This document shows positions 17,453 to 28,200 of a stretch of 57,468 nucleotides of DNA, one piece after another. Under the pieces are notes generated by a model. That model worked only from the letters and a program-made list of their open reading frames with translations, did no database searches and had not been told where the DNA came from. This DNA is from a virus. Its lineage: Duplodnaviria > Caudoviricetes. The translations under genes and the position numbers were made by a program. The stretch is taken from positions 1 to 57,468 of the IMG/VR virus record IMGVR_UViG_3300043099_000120; one strand, given 5' to 3'. The number at the start of each line of letters is the position of its first letter. Position 1 is the first letter of the stretch.

Positions 17453-18687
17453 GCTTCAATTCACCCTTCACTGGCAACGTCATACAACCAACGGACGTAT
17501 CGTTCCGAGCGATTACGCTGTCGGCTGACTCGCAACTTGAGTGGCCGATCAACGGAAGCCCAACGGACAATCCTGCTGCCAGGATCATGAACGTCACGGC
17601 GACCGCTGGCGGCTTGAAGCTAAAGATGCCGCCAGCCAATCAGGCGTCGGTCGGACAAGATGCGCTGATTCGCAACGTTGGAGGCACGGCCTTCACGGTG
17701 ACGGACTACGACGGCAACACGATCATTAGTGTGACCGCCGGCCAAGCCAAGTACATCTACATTACGACGAACGCGACGACCGCAGGCACCTGGGGCAACA
17801 TCGCATTCGGAGTTGGAACGAGCAACGCTGATGCGGCAACGTTGGCAGGCTATGGTCTCAAAGCCATCGCTTCCACGCTCAATCAAGCGTATTCGGTGAC
17901 AACGTTTTCCTCAAATTACACCGCGTTGGCATCAGATCGTGCGTCATCGTATCTGTGGACCGGCGGTGCAGGAACCTTGACGCTGACGGCTCCGACAACG
18001 ATCGGCAACGACTGGTTCATGATGTTGCGCAACGGCGGTACGGGGACGCTTACGGTATCGCCGGCATCTGGGTTGATCAACGGGGCCTCGAGTATTTCGT
18101 TGCAGCCCGCGGACTCAGCGTTCATCGTCTGCTCTGGTGCAACGTACTTCACGGTTGGCCTTGGCAAAACCTCGCAATTCAACTTTACGCAGCTCACCAA
18201 GGCGGTGGTGTCTGGAAACTACACGTTGTCCAGCGCAGAAGCCGCAAACGTCGTTCAGAAGTACACGGGCACGTTGAGTGGCAACGTCACGGTAATTCTT
18301 CCGCCTACCATCCAGGTCTATTACATCTCCAATCAGACGGATGGCACGGGGGCAGGTTACAGCATTACGTTTACGACAAATATCGCGGGGTCAGGTACGG
18401 CGACCATTCCTGCTGGACAACAGGCCATTCTGGTGTGTGACTCAGTCAACATGCTGAATGCTTCCACGGTCCTTGCCGGAACAACTAGCATCTCGTTGGG
18501 AGATGGAACCGCAGGATCTCCGGCATTGAACTTTAGCGCGGAAACGAACACGGGCATTTACCGGCCATCGACCAATCAGTTTGGGATCAGCGTAAACGGC
18601 ACGCAGCGGCTGCGGGCAACGAATGCCGGCGTAGTCATCACAGGTACGGGCACCTTCAGCCTGGGTGTCAGTGGCGGGACGTTCTGA
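17449..18687 (+). CDS. Tail structural protein (beta-rich)
   Basis: Between adaptor and nozzle genes; DGTAGSPALNF..TNTGIY fibre motif; ends VSGGTF like the 5015 fibre. Confidence 0.65.
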   Translation: MSFNSPFTGNVIQPTDVSFRAITLSADSQLEWPINGSPTDNPAARIMNVTATAGGLKLKMPPANQASVGQDALIRNVGGTAFTVTDYDGNTIISVTAGQAKYIYITTNATTAGTWGNIAFGVGTSNADAATLAGYGLKAIASTLNQAYSVTTFSSNYTALASDRASSYLWTGGAGTLTLTAPTTIGNDWFMMLRNGGTGTLTVSPASGLINGASSISLQPADSAFIVCSGATYFTVGLGKTSQFNFTQLTKAVVSGNYTLSSAEAANVVQKYTGTLSGNVTVILPPTIQVYYISNQTDGTGAGYSITFTTNIAGSGTATIPAGQQAILVCDSVNMLNASTVLAGTTSISLGDGTAGSPALNFSAETNTGIYRPSTNQFGISVNGTQRLRATNAGVVITGTGTFSLGVSGGTF

Positions 18688-20894
18688 TGACGCAGAAGGT
18701 TTTTGCACTCGATACAAAGGCTGGCATTCAGCGAGACGGCACGCTGTTTGACAAGATGTTCTACAACGACGGGCGTTGGGTGCGATTCCAGCGTGGTCGG
18801 CCAAGGAAGATGCTTGGCTATCGCGTGATCTCAAATCAATTGACCGGGCCGTCGCGAGGCATTTGGGTCAACAGCATCAACGGTTTTGTCACTATTTTTT
18901 CTGGCTATTCTGACGGCCTTCAGTCGTTGACTATTGATGACAACGGGATTGGCGCGGGGTTCTCAGACTTTACGTTGAACGACTTCACCGCATCGCCCAA
19001 CAACCTGTGGCAGTTTGACGGGTTCTACAGCGTCACAGGCGGCATCAATAACTTGTTGGCGCATCCAGGGCAAAACCTTGCGGCTATCGACGAGACCATC
19101 AATACGCCGGTGCTGATTGGCGACATCAGCGGCACGTCGATGAGTCAGATTGGTGTGTTCACTGATAGTGTGACGACAACCTCTGGTCTGCCGACGATTA
19201 CGTTAGCCGCAGCAAACCCAAAGATTGGGCCAGGGCAAACGATTACAGGCGCAGGCATTCCTGCCGGCACGACCGTTGTTTCAAACGTCTCAACGACGGT
19301 CACGATGTCACAGAATGCTTCGGCATCGGCGACCATAACGGCAACGTTCAACAACAACATTTCGGTCTCTGGCGGGGTGGTGTCGCTGCATCCGTATGTG
19401 TTCGTCTACGGGGATGCGGGGCTCATCAAGAACTGTTCGGCTGGTGATCCAACAGACTGGGTCTCGGCGGACGCAAACGAGGTCAACGTAGCGACAGGGA
19501 AGGTCGTCCAAGGGTTACCGGTCAGGGGCGGTTCAAACGCGCCTTCTGGGCTCTTCTGGAGCGTTGATAGCCTGATTCGCGTGTCCTACATCGGCGGAAC
19601 CGGTTCGCCGCCACAATTTTGGCGGTACGACATCATCTCGAGTCAGACCTCAATCTTGTCGTCACAGTGTGCAATTGAGTATGACGGAATCTATTACTGG
19701 ATCGGCGTTGATAGGTTTTTGCTATACAACGGCACGGTCAAAGAGATCCCGAACGACATGAACCAGAACTACTTCTTTGACAACCTGAACTACAGTCAGA
19801 GGCAGAAGGTCTGGGCGACGAAGGTTCCGCGGTACGGGGAGATCTGGTGGTTCTATCCCCGAGGTAACGCCACGGAGTGTACCGACGCAATTGTGTTTAA
19901 CGTTCGCGAGCAGACATGGTACGACGCTGGCGAAGCCCTGGGAGCGAGGCGCTCCGCAGGATACTTTTCTCAGGTGTTTGCGTTTCCCATTAGCGCCGGC
20001 TGGGAAGTCATTCCGCAAGAGGTGATCTTCTCGGGCGAGTTTGATCTTGTGAACGGCAGTGAGATGTTGTACTTGGATACGTACAACACGGTGCTCGAGG
20101 ATCGAATGGTTGTGTCCGGCACCGGCATCCCTGATGACACAACGATTGTCACAATTACAAGCTCAAACATCAAAACCCTTGGAGCCATTACCCCAGGTTC
20201 CGGATATGCGGACGGGTCATACACCGACGTTCCGTTAACAGGCGGATTGGGGTTTAACGCAACAGCAGACATCACGGTAGCGGGCGGTGTAATTACGGTG
20301 GTGACGATTGTGGACCGCGGAGCCGGATATGTGATCGGAGATGCGTTGAGCGCCGATGACGCAGATCTAGGGGGTGGCGGTGGCGCGGGATTCTCAATCC
20401 CGGTCGATGAGATCTATGCTCAAGCGATTGAGCTATCCGCTGCGGCAACAACAACGTCTACTGAAATTCTGACCTTTCAGACGCCTCCAGATCGGATTCA
20501 GTTGTGGCAACACGAGGTCGGCGTGGATGCGGTAGACGGGCAAAACGTCTCGGCAATTGAGTCGTACTTCGAGACCAATGACCTGGGATGGGTCTCTGGA
20601 GGACCGTCACAACCCGCGATGGAAGGTGCAAATCGCTGGTTAAGACTCGAGCGGGTAGAGCCGGACTTTTTGATGAGCGAAGAGATGGAGCTGATCGTCA
20701 CGGGGCGGCCCTACGCTCAATCGGAAGACTATGCATCGGACCCGTATGTGTTTGACAGCACGACCAACAAGATCGATATGAAAGAGCAGCGGCGAGAGCT
20801 GCGGTTGAAGTTTCGGTCTAACACGGCTGGGGGCAATTACCAGACCGGTCGCGTTATTGTAAGTGCCGACATCGGGGACGTGCGTGGCTACTAG
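18687..20894 (+). CDS. Tail nozzle / tubular protein B-like (P22 gp10/T7 gp12 class)
   Basis: 735 aa; N-terminal GIQRDGT...GRWVRFQRG; propeller-like segments YWIGVDRFLLYNGTV and EIWWFYP; C-terminal SYFET.D...RVEPDF. Confidence 0.7.
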   Translation: MTQKVFALDTKAGIQRDGTLFDKMFYNDGRWVRFQRGRPRKMLGYRVISNQLTGPSRGIWVNSINGFVTIFSGYSDGLQSLTIDDNGIGAGFSDFTLNDFTASPNNLWQFDGFYSVTGGINNLLAHPGQNLAAIDETINTPVLIGDISGTSMSQIGVFTDSVTTTSGLPTITLAAANPKIGPGQTITGAGIPAGTTVVSNVSTTVTMSQNASASATITATFNNNISVSGGVVSLHPYVFVYGDAGLIKNCSAGDPTDWVSADANEVNVATGKVVQGLPVRGGSNAPSGLFWSVDSLIRVSYIGGTGSPPQFWRYDIISSQTSILSSQCAIEYDGIYYWIGVDRFLLYNGTVKEIPNDMNQNYFFDNLNYSQRQKVWATKVPRYGEIWWFYPRGNATECTDAIVFNVREQTWYDAGEALGARRSAGYFSQVFAFPISAGWEVIPQEVIFSGEFDLVNGSEMLYLDTYNTVLEDRMVVSGTGIPDDTTIVTITSSNIKTLGAITPGSGYADGSYTDVPLTGGLGFNATADITVAGGVITVVTIVDRGAGYVIGDALSADDADLGGGGGAGFSIPVDEIYAQAIELSAAATTTSTEILTFQTPPDRIQLWQHEVGVDAVDGQNVSAIESYFETNDLGWVSGGPSQPAMEGANRWLRLERVEPDFLMSEEMELIVTGRPYAQSEDYASDPYVFDSTTNKIDMKEQRRELRLKFRSNTAGGNYQTGRVIVSADIGDVRGY

Positions 20895-21141
20895 TAACGC
20901 ATTCGTCTATGATCCGAGGTATCACACTTTTGAGTCGTGGGCCTCGCTTATGGTCGAGCAGTACGCTGCGCAGCAGCTGTCAATTCCTACGGCCGACACC
21001 GACTGGAAGCTCTGGGGACAGGGGCTCCTGGCCATCGATGTCTTTACCAATGAGGCGGTGCCAAACCCAGCACAGTACAACGACTGGCAAGACTGGGCCG
21101 CGGCATTGTATGGAGCGATCAACCCTGGGATTCCGCAATGA
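20884..21141 (+). CDS. Small Trp-rich tail-associated protein
   Basis: GTG start overlapping the nozzle gene end; P.QYNDWQDWA motif. Confidence 0.65.
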   Translation: MATSNAFVYDPRYHTFESWASLMVEQYAAQQLSIPTADTDWKLWGQGLLAIDVFTNEAVPNPAQYNDWQDWAAALYGAINPGIPQ

Positions 21142-21800
21142 ACTGGTGCGACAACTCCCCAGCGTGGACGAATTTCAGTGATGCAATAAGCATTCTCTTT
21201 CCGGCGTGGGAACGAGCGTTTGCGGAGGTGGCGCGTCACTATCAGACCAAAGTATCGTCAGATCTTGCCGAGCGGATTAACCAATTTGCCAAAGAAGAAG
21301 AAGCGCACGCCAACGCTCATGCCGCCTACAACCGCCGGCGATTGCTTGACGAGTATGAAAACCGCGAGCTTGCGAAGACGAGAATGATCTACCAGCGACC
21401 GGGCATGAAGATTTGGCTGGGAACCATGGTGTCAATCGAACATCTGGCGTCTTGCATGGGGCGGATGTGGCTTACGTACCATGCCGGCAAGGAAGGCAAA
21501 GAGTTCAAGCTCTTCGAGTGGCACGCCAGGGAAGAGCTTGGCCACAAAGCCTTAGCGATCGATGTATGGAACGAGATGGGTTACACCGGTCTTGACGACA
21601 TCGTTAAGCAGAACCAACGATATGTATGCGGATACATACTTCGGTATGTTCTGGCTAGAACCAACTGGTGGTCACCCAAGGCCGTATGGGATCTAGCCAA
21701 GTGGCTCTGGGCCATGACGGTGTATGTGTTCATCCCGATGAAGGCAATCTACGAGTCAACTTTCCATCCCAACAACATTGATGATCGGGTGATGGTGTGA
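21138..21800 (+). CDS. Ferritin-like diiron protein ('predicted metal-dependent hydrolase', PF10118-like)
   Basis: ISILFPAWER...F..EEEAHANAH...SIEH...WHAREELGHKALA.DV, the paired E..H diiron pattern. Confidence 0.75.
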   Translation: MNWCDNSPAWTNFSDAISILFPAWERAFAEVARHYQTKVSSDLAERINQFAKEEEAHANAHAAYNRRRLLDEYENRELAKTRMIYQRPGMKIWLGTMVSIEHLASCMGRMWLTYHAGKEGKEFKLFEWHAREELGHKALAIDVWNEMGYTGLDDIVKQNQRYVCGYILRYVLARTNWWSPKAVWDLAKWLWAMTVYVFIPMKAIYESTFHPNNIDDRVMV

Positions 21801-22264
21801 ACGTCTATCCAGTAGACTCGAAAAAGACAATGTTGAAGCCGCAAGACATCTTTGCGGTGGCTGCGCACGAATACAAAAAAGGGTTAGAGCTTGCCAAAGA
21901 GCCGGCCAAGAAGGCTGGCGTCTCTCCGGAACGGATGTCTTACACCATCATGTTGACGGAGTATAGCGACCCGAGGTTGATCCGCATCCGTGCCGGCAAC
22001 ACGCTGTTCACGATTGCTGCGCTTCCGGATCGGACGGGGTTCGTTCGGGGGTACAACGGCGATACCGCACCGAACTACATCAACAACATGCTCGAGCTCA
22101 TCCAGGCGGCTCGCAAGATGGGTTTTGACACGCTCTTAGCGTACACGACGGAACCAGTCGTGCGAGCCATGAAGCTGGCATTGCGTCGGACATCCGAAGT
22201 CAAGGTGCAGTTCGATAGTGCTAATCAAGCCATGGTCGTGACGACCGGGCCTGCAAGGGATTAG
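21797..22264 (+). CDS. Hypothetical alpha/beta protein (T7 gp13-like position; possibly a degenerate GNAT fold)
   Basis: Lies after the nozzle and before the ejection-type genes; ELIQAARKMGFDTL resembles a GNAT motif. Fold assignment is weak. Confidence 0.55.
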   Translation: MNVYPVDSKKTMLKPQDIFAVAAHEYKKGLELAKEPAKKAGVSPERMSYTIMLTEYSDPRLIRIRAGNTLFTIAALPDRTGFVRGYNGDTAPNYINNMLELIQAARKMGFDTLLAYTTEPVVRAMKLALRRTSEVKVQFDSANQAMVVTTGPARD

Positions 22265-22266
22265 CC

Positions 22267-25200
22267 ATGGGCTGGGTACGAGAAAAAACAGGCATCGAGC
22301 TCAACCCGTTCAAGGTTGCTGAGAGCGCCTTAAACAAGATTGGCGATGTTGTTCAGAACATCATGGAGAACCCATTGCCGGCAATCCTGCAGATTGCAGG
22401 AGCGGCGATAGGAATTCCTCCGTATGTGACCTCCGCAGCAATCACGGCGGCGCAAGGCGGCAACATCAAGGACATCGCCAAGTCCGCGGCGATTTCGTAC
22501 ATCACGTCCGATTTCTTGCAGAACACGCAGATCGGGGCAGACATCCGCAACTACACGTCCAATTTGGTTGCTGGTGATGTCACCGACTACATGATCGAGA
22601 ACTTTGACATCACTGCGGATCAAGCAATCAAGGTGGCGAAACTCTCTACGGCCGCACTCAATGGTGCGGTGGTAGGAGGCATCCGCGCCACCTTGACGGG
22701 CGACAGCATCGCTACGGGCATTGGATCTGGGTTCTCGCAAGGTCTCGTGTATTCAGGCGTTGACAGCTATTTTGATGACCTGAACAAGGATCAGAACTGG
22801 GGACTTGGGAAAAAGACGCTCAACATGATCAAGGGTGCAACAAGCACTGCTTTGAACACGTTGATCAGTGGAAAGGGAGATCCAGCGGCTGCGGTAGGCA
22901 ACTACATCGCCTACGCCACATTGAAGCTTGGTACTTCAGAAGCCAAAACAGCTTTACAAAGAGCCTACGAAGACCTTACTGGCAAAACAGACGAAGCCAA
23001 AGCCGCACAAGACGAATTAGTGAAGTTGCAAGCGGAGTACAACACGCAACTGAACCGTCACAACGAGTTGGTCAACTACGCAAACACCCAAAAACAATCA
23101 TATGACATGTATGTTGGGAACTATCAACGGAGCATTGAAAGCTTTAATTCGTCTATAGAAAGAGATCAAACTGACTATGAACGAACGCTCGCGAGCTTGA
23201 AAAGACAACAACAAGACTATGAGGTGTTTGCAAATGCTGCAAGAACCACCGGGCATCCCGAATATGTAACGTTAGCAAACACTGCCGCAGAGCGAGTCAA
23301 TCAGTATGCTGAACAGCTCAATTCAATTGTTGAATCAGCAAACACTCGGGCAACGAGAGAGTTGTCTATTTTAGAGAGCGAGAAAAAGGTAATAGAGCGA
23401 TACGATGCAGAGCTTGTAAGGCTATCAGATGGAATTGACACGCTACGCAAAGAACTGGAAACGCCGCAAAACGGCAATCTAGCGGAGCGTTTGCAGAAAG
23501 CCGCCAAAGACTACGAGGTCAAATATGCGAACTACAAAGCTTCGGAAGATGGAAAAAACAGGGCTGCAGAGAATTACAACAAGATTGTTGCGGAAGTTGC
23601 TACGCGTGATGCAACGATTGATGCGATCAACGCAGGAGCCATCACTGTTACCGGCCGTACCGCTGATGGTGGTTTCCAACTAGACAACGGCATGATAGTG
23701 AAGGACGGAAAGTTCTATCAGGGGAACGAACCGGTCTTCAGCAATGCGGCGGGTCTGCAACAGAACATGCTAGAGCTCATCGACAATGATGGGCAAGTGT
23801 ATCGGTACGGTATGGATGCCGGTCGGCAGATGTCAACGACAGACATTCAGAACGCGTTCCGCCGGGACTATCAAATTGAATTGTCAGATGCTGAAGCGCA
23901 ACGGTTCGTCGGCGGAAAATATGGCACATATGATCAGCAGAAGTTTGATGACTTTGCGAAAGCACGGGCGCAAGAAACGTATCGCCTGATTGCTGGCCGG
24001 CCAGCAACACAAGAACAACTCAACCAATTCGTGCAGTCGCCAAATAGTCAACAAGCAGCAAGTAACGCCGCGATTCGGGTAACTACTAATGACAGCACGA
24101 TTGTAGACAATGCATCGGCGTTGTCTGTCCGAGAAACAGCGGCACGACAAGTGATCGAAGGGTATTACAAGCAAGGATTGACAGCAGAACAAGTCGAAGA
24201 AAAGCTGGCATCCGGTCAAGCAAATCGGGACATGCAAACGCTTGTAGATCAACGGAAGTTGATTGTTGATCAGCAAATTCAAGGCGTGAAGAACGCTGAA
24301 GCGCAATACGGGGTCAACAGCCCACAGTACAAACAAGCGTACCAGCAAGCTTTAGATCAGATGTCTAAGCTGGGCGGTTATGACGTTATTAGGAATGCGG
24401 ACGGTTCGTTCTCGCACAGCACCTTTGGGCGGCTTGATCAAGAAACGATGATGCCGATGACGGATCGAGCCTACACAGATCCCGTCACAGGAAAACAGTA
24501 CCCGGACAAGGTTGAACAACAGGCAACCGGAAGCTTTGACACGCGTGATGTAGGGATCGTCAAAGCGCGTTTGTCCGATATGTTGGATGATCCAAAGGCA
24601 AACCCTGCGGATCTGTCGACGAAGGAGATGAATAGCTTCGTAGAAAACTTTGCAAAAGCAACGCCACAACAACGCGCAGAGTTGTTGCGAGGAGCCGATA
24701 GCAGCACGTATCAAGTCATCAACGACATGTTCCAAAGCTACTCTGGAGTGGCGGAACGGATGTCGGGTCAGACGTATGAACAGCCGTCCGTTGTAGGAAG
24801 TCTCAAAGAGTCAGATCTGACCAACTACCAGCAGGTGCTGAAGACTGGTCTGCGTGGGGCGGCAGCGGATATTGTTGGCCTGGGTACGCGTGCGGGACAG
24901 CTCGTTGGCGATCTATTGGGATACGACACGCCAACGCTCGACAAGCTGCAAGATCTGATGACTAAAGACAAGCAGACCAACATGGACAAGTTGGTCGGCA
25001 ACGAGCAAGCAGTGGCTGGAGGCTTGGCTTCTGGAGTTATCTCTGCGATTACGTTTATCGCTGGCGGGCCTATGGCAGCCGTGGCGACCATGGGTGGAAT
25101 CGCTGCGAACAACGCTTGGATTGAAGGCGCAAACGCGGTCATTGACAAAGACAACAACGCGTACCGTAGTGAAGAAGAAGCGCGAAAAAATGGTGTGTTT

Positions 25201-28200
25201 GAGTACCGCAAGCTGACGCCCGAAGAAAACGGTATGCGGACGGCGATGATGACGGCCGCGGAAATGGTCGGCGAAGCGCTGGGGGCAAAAGCACTTGGCA
25301 TGGTCATGAAGGGTGTCCCGATCAGTGGCAGCCCGAGTGAAATCATCGATGCAACGCGGCGCATTGCGGTAGGCATGCTGGGCGAGCAAGCGACCGAACA
25401 ATTGACGACGGCGATGCAGATGGCCGCAGACAAGTGGACATCTGTGGGCCTTGGGAAGAACGCAACGTTCGAGGACTATCAGAAGGCGATGATGGACACC
25501 GCCATCGCAACAGCGGTTGCGGTAGGTACATCAACGTCGGCCGGTACGCTTGCGACCAATTTGCGTAATGCATCGCAGACGCCCAACTTGTTCTCGCGAG
25601 ATACGCGAGAGACGGAAGTTGAACCAACGTTGCCCTCGTTAGTACAAACGTTCAAAGAATCTGGTGTTACGAACGTTGAGACGATCGTCAAAGAGTTCCA
25701 AGAGACCATTCAAAATGGTGGCCAAGGCGTTGAAGTGGTGCGAGACAACACTGTCAACACGCTAGTTGATGCAGGGGTATCGAAAGTTCGCGCAGAAATT
25801 CTGGCGAATGAAATGTTAGACCGTGCGTTGTCAACCAAAATTGAAGAAGATCTTAAGGTTAAAGGCCTGTCAGATGCAGAGATTGCATCGATTACGAAGC
25901 CAATCAAAGACATTACAAACGACTTTATCAAGGGCGAAACATCACCTGAACAAAAAGGATTTGATGAGTTGTTTCGCGTGTTGACAGATCCGCAGTTACA
26001 GCAGACGTTGTATCCGGAAAAGGTCACGCCCACTCCAACAACGCCGGACACGCCGCCGGTTACTCCGACGACGCCAACGGTTCCGACTACACCCACAACT
26101 CCAACGGTACCGACTACGCCAACGGTTCCGGAGACACCAACAACCCCGACAACACCAACGACCGATCCGGCGTTGACGCAGTTGCGCAGCGATCTCACGC
26201 AACAGATTGCGGATGCGCGAGCGCAAGGCAAGAGCGAAGTCGAGGCTGTGCAGCAAGCGGTAAATACCGTCGCAGCAAACCTGGGCACTACCAAAGAAAC
26301 GATTCTTGCGCAGTTGGGCACTACGGAAGCGCAGTTGCGAGCGGACGTTGCAAGTCAGGTGGGTGGAGTGGAATCCAGGTTGAGCGCAGCTATTGAAGCC
26401 GCCAAGCAGTCCGGCATGGAAGGCGATGCGGCTTTGCAAGCTGGGATCAATACGGTGTCTCGTGATCTTGGGATAACGAAAAACTCGTTACTGTCACAGC
26501 TGGGCAGGACCGAGCAACAATTGCGATCAGACTTTGCTGGGCAAATCGCAAGCGTCAGCAGTCAGGTGTTCAATGTTCAAACTAGTCTTAGCAACGCTAT
26601 AGCCGCGGCTAGGGCTGCTGGTGCGTCTGGTGATGCTGCGTTGCAAACAGGACTTGACAAGGTTGCGAGCGATCTAGGCACAACCAAAGAACAATTGTTA
26701 ACGCAACTGGGGAAAACGGAAGAACAGTTGCGGGCAGATGTTGCAAGCCAAGTGGGTGGCGTGGAATCCAGGCTCACCGCGGCTATTGATGCTGCTAAAC
26801 AATCAGGCATGCAAGGTGATGCCGCGTTGCAAGCCGGCATCAATCAAGTAGCGTCAGAACTTGGTACAACCAAAGAACAGTTGCTGGCACAGGTTGGAAA
26901 GACCGAAGCGCAGTTGCGTGCAGATATGCAAGCGCAAATCGGTGGCGTTGAAACGCGATTGATTGAGGCTATTCAGCAAGCACGTCAATCAGGCTTGCAA
27001 GGCGATGCGGCTCTCCAGGCTGGGATTGATACAGTTGCTTCGGATATTGGGGCCACTAAGGAACAGTTGCTTGCGCAAGTAGGTAAGACTGAAGCACAAC
27101 TTAAAGCCGATATGCAGGCGCAGGTTGGAGGCGTGGAGTCACGTCTGACCGCAGCAATTGCAGAGGCCCGGCAATCCGGATTGCAAGGGGATGCAGCGCT
27201 TCAAGCCGGTATTGACAGGGTTGCGTCGGATCTCAACACAACGAAAGACATTGTTCTTGAGCAAGTTGGAAAGACCGAACAACAACTGCGGACAGATTTT
27301 GCATCGCAACTAGGCGGGGTGCAGCAACAGATCGGACAGGTGCAGACCGATCTGACCAAAGCGATTGCAGATGCAAAAGCTGCCGGCGCGACCGACGTGC
27401 AAGCCGTTCGCGACGCTTTGGCCACCGTATCAACAAGCCTGGGAACGACGCAAGAGGCGTTGCTGCAACAACTAGGGAAGAGCGAAGCCGATCTGCGTGC
27501 TGAGTTCCGTGCGGGGCAACAAACAACGCAAGAACAAATTGCAGACCTGGGATCAACGTTCATGCAGCAATACGATGCATTGAACGCAGCACAGAAGGCC
27601 CAGTTTGACGCGTTGGTTGAGCAAGGCAGCAACCTGCGGTCTGCGATGAATCTTGTGCAAACACAGACGCAAGAGCAATTGCAGAACGTTGAAACCCGTC
27701 TGCGTGATGCCATGGCTGCTAATGAAGCCGCCGGAATGTCTCGGGATGCAGCGGCGACTAAAGCGATCCAAGACGTTGCTACAAGCGTTGGAACAACGAA
27801 GAGCGAGCTGCTAGCACAGGTTGGCAAGACAGAAGATGTATTGCGTAGTGAACTGGCAACAGGCCTTGCGCAAACGCAAGAGCAGATTCGTAGCGAATTG
27901 CAATCACAATACGATCAATTGACTGCCTCGCAAAAGGCGCAGTTTGATGCAATGGTCGAGCAGGGTGCCAATCTGCGTACCGCGATGGATCTTGTCAGAT
28001 CTGAGGCGCAAGCCGCGCAGGAACAGACGCGAGAGCAGATCGCCCAATTGGATGTCAGCACTCAAGCGAAGTTTGAGCAGATGTCGGAAGCGCAGCGGCA
28101 GCAGGCGCTGCAACTTGCGCAAACCTCTGGAGACCTGACCACAGCAATCAATAACGTTGCTGCTACGACCGCAACGCAGATCACGGGCGTAGAGACCCGA

